The notes beneath the pieces are model-generated. The model did not search any database and had not been told where the DNA came from. It saw nothing but the letters and a program-made list of their open reading frames with translations. Both the position numbers and the translations under genes were made by a program. Shown in pieces: positions 29,586 to 37,994 of a stretch of DNA of 64,000 bases (positions within the stretch are counted from its first letter, which is position 1; each line of letters opens with the position of its first letter). The stretch is from Planctomycetota bacterium (GTDB lineage: Bacteria > Planctomycetota > UBA8108 > SXIK01): positions 192,001-256,000 of the forward strand of contig OZ244999.1 in assembly GCA_965223265.1 (NCBI GenBank). The letters run 5' to 3'.

Positions 29586-30908
29586 ATGCTGGACGTCGTT
29601 GGTTCGATTCATGAGTCGAGTGATCTGCGGCGCCGTGACGTCCTGCGGATCGGGGCCTTGGCCGCGGGTGGTGTCACGCTGCCGGGATTCCTGCGCCACC
29701 AAGCGCTGGCGCGCGCGGCAGGACGCGAGGTCAAAGATCTGGCGGTGATTCACGTCTTCCAAGGCGGCGGTCCAAGCCACATCGACATGTATGACCTCAA
29801 GCCGGGAGCGCCTCGAGAGATCCGCGGTAAGTACAGCGAGATCCCGACGCGCGTGCCCGGTCTGCGCATCTCCGAAATGCTGCCGCTGCAGGCGTCGATC
29901 ATGGACAAGGTCGCGCTGGTGAGGTCGGTGACGCACACGAACTCAGCGCATCTGCCGAGCTCGCATCTCGTCCTCACAGGATATGAGACGCCGAACTCAC
30001 CTCCAGACAACATGAACCCGTACCCCGGTGCGGTGATCTCTAAACTGAAAGGCGCGAATGCGTCTGGGGTGCCCGCTTATGTAGCCGTTCACAAGCGCAT
30101 CTCGTACGGCGGGTCGGCGTACCTGGGACCTGCACATGCTGCCTTCGACACCGTGAAAGAGCCGAAGAACGACGACTTTGCCGTGCCGGACCTTCAAAGG
30201 CTGCCTTCGATGTCGGCGGAGCGACTCGCAAGTCGACGTTCGCTGCTGCGGGCGTTCGATCAGATGCGACGCGACATCGATGTGCGCGGCAACATGGATG
30301 CGATTGATGACCATCTGCGTGAAGCGATGAAGCTCGTCACTAGTGATCGAGTGCTGAACGCGTTCGACATTAACCAAGAGGACCCCGCCACTCGGGCTCG
30401 TTATGGTTTCAGTTCTTCGGGGCAGAACTGTCTGCTCGCCCGGCGCCTGGTCGAGGCAGGAGTCACCTTCGTGAGCTGTCGCACCGGGCTGGCGTGGGAT
30501 ACACACGTACGAAACTATCCGCAGCTTGACGAAATGCTGCCGAAGTACGACGCTGCCATCTCGGCTCTGGTTACCGATATCTACGAGCGCGGTCTTGCCG
30601 ATCGGGTGCTCGTCATGGCGTTTGGCGAGTTCGGCCGGACACCGCGCATCAACAAGGACGGCGGTCGCGACCATTGGCCGGGCGCCGCGAGCGTGCTCTT
30701 CTCAGGCGGCGGCCTCAAGGTCGGGCAAGTCATCGGTGCGACGGACTCGACAGCGTCGTTTCCAACGCACGATCCGCATTCACCGCGCGACGTCCTCGCG
30801 ACGCTGTACCATCTCATGGGCATCGACCCGGCGCAGACCTTCCGCGACGGGAACAATCGAGACTTTGCGATCTTGCCCGGCGGTGACCCCATCAAGGAGC
30901 TTCTCTGA
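29586..30908 (+). CDS. DUF1501 domain-containing protein
   Basis: AAGGAG RBS; RRDVL; 'GGPSHIDMYDLKP', 'LARRLVEAGV', 'WDTH', 'GEFGRTPRIN..GRDHWP'. Confidence 0.92.
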   Translation: MLDVVGSIHESSDLRRRDVLRIGALAAGGVTLPGFLRHQALARAAGREVKDLAVIHVFQGGGPSHIDMYDLKPGAPREIRGKYSEIPTRVPGLRISEMLPLQASIMDKVALVRSVTHTNSAHLPSSHLVLTGYETPNSPPDNMNPYPGAVISKLKGANASGVPAYVAVHKRISYGGSAYLGPAHAAFDTVKEPKNDDFAVPDLQRLPSMSAERLASRRSLLRAFDQMRRDIDVRGNMDAIDDHLREAMKLVTSDRVLNAFDINQEDPATRARYGFSSSGQNCLLARRLVEAGVTFVSCRTGLAWDTHVRNYPQLDEMLPKYDAAISALVTDIYERGLADRVLVMAFGEFGRTPRINKDGGRDHWPGAASVLFSGGGLKVGQVIGATDSTASFPTHDPHSPRDVLATLYHLMGIDPAQTFRDGNNRDFAILPGGDPIKELL

Positions 30909-31117
30909 GGCTTCGGGCAAGTGAACGATCGGCGCACGCGAAGGCGGCGCATCGATTGAGGATGCCCCTTGCTCCTGGCGTGCATGGAGTGCGCCACGAT
31001 TGTCGTGGCGTTTTCGCTTTTTGACTTGTGGTTATCCGTCGGTGGAGACGCCGTTACGGTGAGACGGACACATGCAGTGGTAAGTAGGAGACGCTCACAC
31101 CCTGAACGATCACTTCG

Positions 31118-32707
31118 ATGGAACTCAAATATAGGAATCGGTCCATGCTTGCGAAGCTGCTCCGTTGCCTTTCGATCCGATGTTCGCGTCAGTCAGTGGC
31201 CTTGTGTTTGTTTGGCGCTTTCGTCCTCGTTGGGAGCGTTGACATCACCGCCGACGAGATCGATGCGCGGCACGCGCAGCTCTTCCTCGACGACGGAGTG
31301 ATCGAAGCGACGACCCTGGTCGAACGCGTCTTGCATCAACCGATTCGCCACGGCCTGAACCCTCTTCTCTCTCCCGAGGAACCGTGGGAGGGACCCACGA
31401 TGAACTACCTCGGCGGCGTCTACCGCGATGAGGCCGCGGGCATCTTTCGCGCCTGGTACGTCGGTGTTGTGAATGGTGGCATTGCGGAACTGCCTAAGGT
31501 GTTCTATCCGATTTGCACGGCGATCAGCGAGGACGGTGTGCGATGGCGTCGGCCGCAGCTGGATCACTACAGTCATCTCACGGGTGGACCGAACAACATC
31601 GTTTTGCATCTCGACAGAGGATGCATCGCTGCACCGAGTATCATTCACGACCCACGCGACGAGGAGCGCCCATGGAAGCTCATCATCCATCACTCTCCTG
31701 GGAACCCGTGTCATTACTACGTTCGTCTTGCAGCTTCATCGGATGGGATTCACTGGGAGTGGGTCACGACAGCTAAGGATCAGATTTACGGCAAGCTTCA
31801 CGATCGCTTGACCGCCATGCTGCATCCGACGGATCGCGAGTTTCCGTACGTTCTCTTCGGGCGGCCGTCGCTGTCGCGCGACTATCCGCTCCTCTACCCC
31901 GGGCGCATTCGCATCCGCGAGGCGTTCCAGACGCGCCTCAGTCGTGACGGCCGTCGTCTCGCCCACGACCCGGTTGTTGCCATTCGCCCGGACGTCGAGG
32001 ATCCGACGAACACGCAGATTTATCACATGAGCGCCTATCCATATGAGAGCCTCTACATCGGGACGCTCATGATCTACCGCACAGCGGAGCTGCCCACGTC
32101 GGAGGTGCAGCTGGCGACGAGTCGCGACCTCCGCAAATGGGAGCGTGTGCGACCGCGCCAACCGTTCATTCCGTCTCTCTTGCCGGAGGGGCGAAAGCTG
32201 GGCATCTGGGACGCCGGTGGTGTCCAGCCAGTATTGAGTCCGCCGATCCTCTACGACGGGGCGCTCTGGTTCTACTACTACGGGGGCCCGGCTTTTCACG
32301 ATTCGAGATTCCTACGCGGTCAGTTTCGTCTCGGTGTCGCGCAGCTGCGTCCGGATGGGTTCGCGTCGCTCCGCGCCCACGCGCGCCGAGGTGTCGTGAC
32401 GACCAAGGCGTTTGTTTGGCCGGGTGGAAAGCTGATCGTCAACGGACAGGTCCTCGGTGGAAGCGGCCATCGTGAAGCGTGGGTCAAGCTGGCGATTCTC
32501 GACGCGTCCGGTCGGCCTCGCGCTGGGTTCGAGTTCGAGTCAAGCGACCCGCTCACCGGTGATTTTGTTGCAGGCGTGCCGACGTGGTCAAAGGCGCCTC
32601 AGGATCTCAAGAGTCTTCAGGGCCAGACCGTGCGACTCCGCTTCTTCTTGCGCCAGGCGGAGATCTTCTCTTTTCGTGCCGCGCCCGACGACGACGGTGC
32701 ACCCTAG
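31118..32707 (+). CDS. exported glycoside-hydrolase-like beta-propeller protein (paralog of 11585-13273)
   Basis: 'QLFLDD', 'FRAWY', 'SEDGVRW', 'SSDGIHW', 'SRDLRKW', 'LRPDGFASL'. Confidence 0.75.
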   Translation: MELKYRNRSMLAKLLRCLSIRCSRQSVALCLFGAFVLVGSVDITADEIDARHAQLFLDDGVIEATTLVERVLHQPIRHGLNPLLSPEEPWEGPTMNYLGGVYRDEAAGIFRAWYVGVVNGGIAELPKVFYPICTAISEDGVRWRRPQLDHYSHLTGGPNNIVLHLDRGCIAAPSIIHDPRDEERPWKLIIHHSPGNPCHYYVRLAASSDGIHWEWVTTAKDQIYGKLHDRLTAMLHPTDREFPYVLFGRPSLSRDYPLLYPGRIRIREAFQTRLSRDGRRLAHDPVVAIRPDVEDPTNTQIYHMSAYPYESLYIGTLMIYRTAELPTSEVQLATSRDLRKWERVRPRQPFIPSLLPEGRKLGIWDAGGVQPVLSPPILYDGALWFYYYGGPAFHDSRFLRGQFRLGVAQLRPDGFASLRAHARRGVVTTKAFVWPGGKLIVNGQVLGGSGHREAWVKLAILDASGRPRAGFEFESSDPLTGDFVAGVPTWSKAPQDLKSLQGQTVRLRFFLRQAEIFSFRAAPDDDGAP

Positions 32708-32844
32708 CTGGAATCGAATCTGTGATTTCGCTATCCAAGGCGAAGATCTGAGCCCGGTGGGCCGAAGTAGTGATACCGGTTCGGGGCCGCTGCGGTGCTC
32801 TCAGGATCGGGATCGACGTCACAATAGGGCGAAAGCGAGCGACG

Positions 32845-33654
32845 ATGGTACTTCGGCGCCGACGGCTGAACAGGATCAAACGGTTCTTTAAGTCCGATAA
32901 GGAGCTGCGCCGGCAGTTCAGTCGCTACAAATGGGTGACGAAATTCGAGATCGACGGCTGTGAGTACGGCGGCTGGTACGATGCCGCGGCGGATCGTCGC
33001 CTCCGGCAGTTCGCCGAACGCTTTCCCGACTCACGCAGGATTCTTGAACTCGGCAGCCTGGAAGGGGGGCACACGCTTGGCCTGTCGCGTCTCCCCGACG
33101 TCACTCAGGTCCTCGGGCTCGAGGGACGCGATTACAACGTCGAGAAAGCAAACTTCATCAAGACGTTGACCCAATCAAACAACGTCGAGTTCCGTCAGTG
33201 CGACCTCGAGGATGCTGACTTCTCGGATCTCGGAGCGTTCGACGCAGTTTTTTCCGTTGGACTCCTTTATCATCTTCGAGAGCCTTGGCGTCATCTGGAC
33301 GCACTCGCGAGAGTCTCCAGAAATCTGTTTCTCTGGACGCACTACGCGGATGAAGCGAAGGCGCGCGAGACCGTCAATGGGTTCAAAGGCTGGCGATTCC
33401 AGGAGCGTGGTTACGATGACCCTTTGAGTGGCCTCTCTGCGTACTCCTTTTGGCCCACCCTGGATAGTCTCAAGTCGATGATCACCACCGCCGGATTTCC
33501 GCGCATCGAGGTCATCGAGACCAACCCGAAGCATCCTCACGGCTGCTGCGTCACGTTGACCGCTCGCCGGGGTTTGCCGGAGCACGCCGCGAGTGCGTCG
33601 TCTACGCTGGAAAGCAGTTCCCGAACGCCACGAGCAGACGTGGCGACCCCTTGA
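32845..33654 (+). CDS. class I SAM-dependent methyltransferase (DUF1698/CmoB-like)
   Basis: 'RILELGSLEGG', 'VLGLEGR', 'FDAVFSVGLLYHL..P'; ORF track start is 32770. Confidence 0.85.
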   Translation: MVLRRRRLNRIKRFFKSDKELRRQFSRYKWVTKFEIDGCEYGGWYDAAADRRLRQFAERFPDSRRILELGSLEGGHTLGLSRLPDVTQVLGLEGRDYNVEKANFIKTLTQSNNVEFRQCDLEDADFSDLGAFDAVFSVGLLYHLREPWRHLDALARVSRNLFLWTHYADEAKARETVNGFKGWRFQERGYDDPLSGLSAYSFWPTLDSLKSMITTAGFPRIEVIETNPKHPHGCCVTLTARRGLPEHAASASSTLESSSRTPRADVATP

Positions 33655-34942
33655 GTCGAATCCTGCGGCGTAGGAGAGCCCAGACGAGGCTGCGCTCACG
33701 CGCAAGAAAGCCGAGCCAAGTCATACTGTCGGCTTGGACGCGGAGATCAGGCGTACCGACGTGATCGGTCATGACGCGAAGCTTTCCATCGCGAATCTCG
33801 ATCGTCGCTCGTCTCTCTTCTGCGCCCGTGAACGTGAAATGATACGTGACGTTGAGACCCTCGGAGCGACCGGGCTGAAAGACGAGAGGGAGCCCGTCGA
33901 GGAATCCGGCGATCGTGCGCGGCCGTAGCGAGTTGGAGACTCGCTTCACTTCCTTGTGCGGAAATCGCTTCGCAACATGCGCTTCGGCGTCCGATCCGGG
34001 GAGTACGTAGACAGTCTCCTCGCGCGCTTGCAGAGGGCGGACAGTTTCGCTGCGGTGTTCTTTCTTGTCGTTGAGGTAGGGCTCGATGACATCCTCCCCA
34101 GCAGGGCAAACTGCGAGGCAATACGCGGCCTTGTAGTTCGCGCCAAAGGAGAGACTCTGCCACATGGAGGCGGATTCGTTGTCGGGCACGCGCCGGCGGT
34201 AGTCGCTGGCGTTTTTGCTTGTGACGGTCTGTTCGACCCAATCTGTGAAGCCGCCCATGAATTCGCGGTAGTTGTGGGTGTAGCAGGCGGAGAAGTTGAA
34301 GTATCCGTCGGGACTGATCGCGCCTACCGGGCAGGCGGCGACGCAGAGCTTGCACTCCAGGCACGGGTTGTAGTCGATCGGACGATCCTCGGATTCCACC
34401 TCAGTTTCGACCAAGATCGTCCCGAGGAGGACGAAGTTGCCGTAGCGCGGATGGATGAGATTACGATGGATTCCGATTTGACCGAGCCCAGCGGCGACTG
34501 CGACGGGCTTGTGGGAGACGACCCAGATTTTGTCGGGGAAGTGATGCATCTCCATCGGGAACCCCATTGACGGATTGATGGCGCGGATGCCTGCGGCTTC
34601 GAGCTTCGCAACGATGCGTCTGCCGACTTCGTTGACTTCGTCGCCGCTGTGGTGGAACTCGAGGTTAGCGATCGATCGTGCGGGAGACCGAATCGGTTGC
34701 CGGTTCATACGGCAGGCGAAACTGATGAGCGCTTTGGTCTGCGGCGCGTAGCGGAGGATGTCACCGCGCTGATCGTCGATTTCACTGCGGTCGATGCCGA
34801 CGACTCCGGCATCGTCGGCGCCGGCCTCGAGCGCGAGTCGTCGGAGCCAATCCGCGTTGAGGGGCGTGGACGCCGTGGGGGGCGATTCTGAGCGTTCGCG
34901 TGCCCGGACTCGCTGTACTGTTGGATGCTCTTCGAGGTTCAT
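33602..34942 (-). CDS. QueG/reductive-dehalogenase-like 4Fe-4S protein fused to SCP2 sterol/lipid-binding domain
   Basis: 'SHKPVAVAAGLGQIG..NLIHPRYG', 'CLECKLCVAACP', 'YCLAVCP'; C-terminal 'YHFTFTG..IEIRDG..PDLRV..A...RIRLKG' SCP2. Confidence 0.85.
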   Translation of the reverse strand: MNLEEHPTVQRVRARERSESPPTASTPLNADWLRRLALEAGADDAGVVGIDRSEIDDQRGDILRYAPQTKALISFACRMNRQPIRSPARSIANLEFHHSGDEVNEVGRRIVAKLEAAGIRAINPSMGFPMEMHHFPDKIWVVSHKPVAVAAGLGQIGIHRNLIHPRYGNFVLLGTILVETEVESEDRPIDYNPCLECKLCVAACPVGAISPDGYFNFSACYTHNYREFMGGFTDWVEQTVTSKNASDYRRRVPDNESASMWQSLSFGANYKAAYCLAVCPAGEDVIEPYLNDKKEHRSETVRPLQAREETVYVLPGSDAEAHVAKRFPHKEVKRVSNSLRPRTIAGFLDGLPLVFQPGRSEGLNVTYHFTFTGAEERRATIEIRDGKLRVMTDHVGTPDLRVQADSMTWLGFLARERSLVWALLRRRIRLKGSPRLLVAFGNCFPA

Positions 34943-34999
34943 GACGATCTCGCAATAGATGGTTGAACCGATGCGAAATGGCGCAGTTCAAACGGTGAT

Positions 35000-35464
35000 C
35001 TATGGGTTCGGCTTTCGTAGCTTGTCGGCGGACCGGTTCAGGTGTTTGACAGTTGAGGCGCCAAGTAATGCGTGGATTTGTGCCTGCGCCTGAGTCCATG
35101 CTGGCAGAGCCTTCTTCAGCAGGTGCGCACCCTCGGCGGTGAGTTGAAATGGCTGCGCCCGGCCGTCGCTGTCCGGAACCACGGTCAGCCAGCCACGCGC
35201 TTTCATGCGTTCAACGTTGCGACTGAGAGTTGATAGGTCCAGGTGTAGTCTGGTGGCGACGTCGGCGGGGCGCGCGGTCCGAAGCTTGGCCGCGGCAACG
35301 AGAATGTTGAGCTGGCTCGCTTTCAGGCCCAAGGGGCGAAACGCGTCGTCGTAGATACCCGTCACCACACGATTGAGCATGCGCATGCGGAGCGCGACGC
35401 AGTTTGAGGCGATGGTGTCTGCGATCGAAGCGACGTCAGCTCGCACGGCATTTCTGTTGGTCAT
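35000..35464 (-). CDS. MarR family transcriptional regulator
   Basis: 'CVALRMRMLNRVVTGIYDDAFRPLGL..SQLNIL', 'LDLSTLSRNV', 'DGR...LTAEG'. Confidence 0.92.
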   Translation of the reverse strand: MTNRNAVRADVASIADTIASNCVALRMRMLNRVVTGIYDDAFRPLGLKASQLNILVAAAKLRTARPADVATRLHLDLSTLSRNVERMKARGWLTVVPDSDGRAQPFQLTAEGAHLLKKALPAWTQAQAQIHALLGASTVKHLNRSADKLRKPNP

Positions 35465-35570
35465 TTCTCGTCCCGTTCGTTCCCGTCGCGACTCAGCGCT
35501 ACCCGTCGATCTTTTGGCGCATGGTTTCGATTCCGGTCTGTATGCGCCATTCAGCTTCGAGCGTCATATG

Positions 35571-35599
35571 ATTGTATATACATATAAACGGCTCGTCAA
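35571..35599 (-). promoter_or_regulatory. sigma-70 promoter of marR operon overlapped by palindrome TGTATATACA (putative MarR operator, 35573-35582)
   Basis: Minus strand TTGACG-N17-TACAAT; AT-rich perfect palindrome overlapping the -10 box. Confidence 0.7.
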
Positions 35600-35772
35600 C
35601 CGTGAATTCAGCATCCGGAAGCGGTTGGGGGAGAGCTTCCGGTGTGTCACTGCCGGGCTGCTAGCACGAAAACGGCCGAGACATCGAGAAACGCGCCGCA
35701 ATCCGATGCAGAATGCCGTCGGAGTTATGCGGGCGCGGTTGTGCGCCGCTAAGGTTTTTAAGGGAGAATCTG

Positions 35773-37863
35773 ATGGAGACTCGGAGTGAGACCGTCGCGA
35801 CCGAGACCGCGCCTGAACTTCCGGCCCGAAGGCGGCGAGAGGTCTTCCGCTGGCTGTGGCACTGGTTTCTAGAATTTCCGCTTCTCTTTGCCGCGCTCGT
35901 ACTGCTCCTCTTGCCGCTGTGGGGTGCGTTTCGATCGGTCGGTGCACCGCTGCTCTTTTGGCATGACTCCCTGTGGACGCAGCTTCAAGCCGGGATCGGT
36001 GTGGCGCTGTTTGCGAGCCAGCTCACGATCGTGGGATACCTTCTCGAGTCGCATGACGAGAAGTGGCGGCAGCGCCACCCGGATTCGAAGAGGACACGGC
36101 GCTGCATCTACGTGCCGCTCATCTGTCTGCTGCTGATGCCATACCTCGCACCCGCAAACTGGAGCAAGTTTGGATACCCTCTCGGCGTGGCGGTCGGAAC
36201 CGCGTTGATTGTCATCATCGGTCGTTGTGTCGACCGCCTCGCCGATAGTCGCGTGGGAGGATTTCTACGCCCACCGCTGGAGGAGCGACCTTCTTGGCTT
36301 CCTTCGCAAAGGAGTGTCGGATTGGATCACGCCGCTTCGCATCGGCGGCAAACGCTGTACGTCGCAGCGTTTTTCCTCGGCTATCTGCTTCTGAGTGGTG
36401 CGATCTGGCTGTGGCCAGATGTCAACGTCGCGGCTGCGACTTCGGTTTGTATTCTATTGTCGATCGTCGTCGCCGCGTACGGGTTTGTGCGCTATCGCTG
36501 GCCGCGAAGGACGATCCTCGCTTACACGGCGGCGTTTGTCGCCTTTGGTGCTATCTACAGCTTCTATTTCGCATTCCTTCATCGTATTCCCGAGCTTGCC
36601 CATCTCTACTCGCAACCGGCAGCACTGGCGGCCTACGACAGTGGCAGTGGCCACCCGGAACTTCTCGATGACGAGACTGTGTTTGCCGCGTGGCATGATC
36701 ACGTTCACTCACAGCGAAAGCCTCTGCTCGCAGTGGTGGCGACAAGTGGCGGGGGCATTCGTGCGGCAGCGTGGACAGCTGCGACGCTCGATCACCTCGA
36801 AGGTGAGTTGGCGGCCAAGGAGTGGTATGAAGGACCGGGCTTTCCGTACCATATTCGGTTGGTGACGGGAGCCTCTGGTGGGATGGTTGGCGCCGCATTC
36901 TATGTCGCCAGTCTGACGCCGCCGAGTCGCGCCGCTAGTGGCGACTATCACGGTGGCATCGATGTATTCGAGATCGTATCTGCCGACAGCCTCAGTCGCC
37001 TTTTGACGCACGCGGTCAGTCTTTTCAGCGATCGCGGCTCGGGCCTGCAGCACTCATGGGAGGCTCGGGCCGGTGGGGTCATCGCCACGCCTTTTCGTGC
37101 CTTGGCGACGAAGGAACGCGCGGGTTGGCTGCCTTCGCTCGTCTACACACCAGCGATGGTCGAAGATGGGCGCCGCCTCTTTTGCTCAAACCTTGACCTC
37201 GGGATGCTGACGCGAACCGACAGTAGGGCGCTCGCGAGCGGAGAGCCTGAGACCCACGCACTGACTGGTATTGAGCTTTTCAAAGTCTTTGAGGGTGCAG
37301 ATGGAGTCAAACTGAGTACTGTTGCCCGGATGAGCGCGTCGTTTCCATACGTCAGTCCTGCCGTGCAGCTTCCGACCGAGCCACCGCGACGTGCCGTCGA
37401 TGCTGGGTACTACGATACGTTTGGCGTCAACGTTGCAGCGCGGTGGATCCAAAAGAACGCCACGTGGCTACGGCAAAACGTCGGTGGAGTCGTCTTGATC
37501 CAAATCCGCGACGCGACGGGACAGCGGCGTGACGTAGCGACCAAAAAAGGCTTCTTGGCGCGCGCCTATTCCGCGATCATCGCTCCAGTGGAGGGCGCCC
37601 TCGAAGCGAGGACTGCCACCGCTGGTTTTCGCAACGACGAGCAAGTCGGCCGACTACGTGTCGAATTCTCCGGCACTGGTCACGCGAACTTCCCGTTTTT
37701 TACGACAGTCGTGTTCGAGTTTCGCGAGCAGGCTTCACTCAGTTGGTATCTCAGTGGCGCAGAAAAGAATCGGCTCAAAGACGACATCGAGACAGCGCCA
37801 ACAAATCAAGCTGCGGCCGCGTGGCTGCTCAAGTGGTGGCGCGGGCGGACAGAGACCCAGTAG
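35773..37863 (+). CDS. multi-TM membrane protein with patatin-like phospholipase domain
   Basis: About 7 N-terminal TM segments; 'SGGGIRAA', nucleophile 'GASGG', 'SASFPYVSP', 'VDAGYYD'. Confidence 0.85.
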   Translation: METRSETVATETAPELPARRRREVFRWLWHWFLEFPLLFAALVLLLLPLWGAFRSVGAPLLFWHDSLWTQLQAGIGVALFASQLTIVGYLLESHDEKWRQRHPDSKRTRRCIYVPLICLLLMPYLAPANWSKFGYPLGVAVGTALIVIIGRCVDRLADSRVGGFLRPPLEERPSWLPSQRSVGLDHAASHRRQTLYVAAFFLGYLLLSGAIWLWPDVNVAAATSVCILLSIVVAAYGFVRYRWPRRTILAYTAAFVAFGAIYSFYFAFLHRIPELAHLYSQPAALAAYDSGSGHPELLDDETVFAAWHDHVHSQRKPLLAVVATSGGGIRAAAWTAATLDHLEGELAAKEWYEGPGFPYHIRLVTGASGGMVGAAFYVASLTPPSRAASGDYHGGIDVFEIVSADSLSRLLTHAVSLFSDRGSGLQHSWEARAGGVIATPFRALATKERAGWLPSLVYTPAMVEDGRRLFCSNLDLGMLTRTDSRALASGEPETHALTGIELFKVFEGADGVKLSTVARMSASFPYVSPAVQLPTEPPRRAVDAGYYDTFGVNVAARWIQKNATWLRQNVGGVVLIQIRDATGQRRDVATKKGFLARAYSAIIAPVEGALEARTATAGFRNDEQVGRLRVEFSGTGHANFPFFTTVVFEFREQASLSWYLSGAEKNRLKDDIETAPTNQAAAAWLLKWWRGRTETQ

Positions 37864-37994
37864 GGAATTGACGCCACGTCCTAGCTCGCCGCGAGACTGC
37901 AGTCGTCGCGCGTGTGACAAGACGTGAGACCGAGCGCGGACCGCCGCTTCGGCGAGGCGATGAGGTGCCAACGACCGTGCGTTAACGAAACGTC

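Noticed and set aside
33602-33654. 53-bp convergent overlap of methyltransferase and QueG-SCP2 genes
   Set aside because: The methyltransferase tail is low-complexity run-on, common in GC-rich genomes, with no evidence of function
35516-35549. GGTTTCGATTCC resembling a tRNA T-loop
   Set aside because: No cloverleaf, acceptor stem or D-arm; it is only a tggcgcat/atgcgcca hairpin in the marR leader
35499-35567. 22-aa leader ORF (MTLEAEW...) upstream of marR
   Set aside because: Its ATG lies only 4 nt after the -10 box, probably upstream of the TSS, and it has no RBS
35773-37863. Patatin as CBASS (CapV) effector
   Set aside because: No cyclase or other defence genes nearby, and the multi-TM architecture differs from CapV
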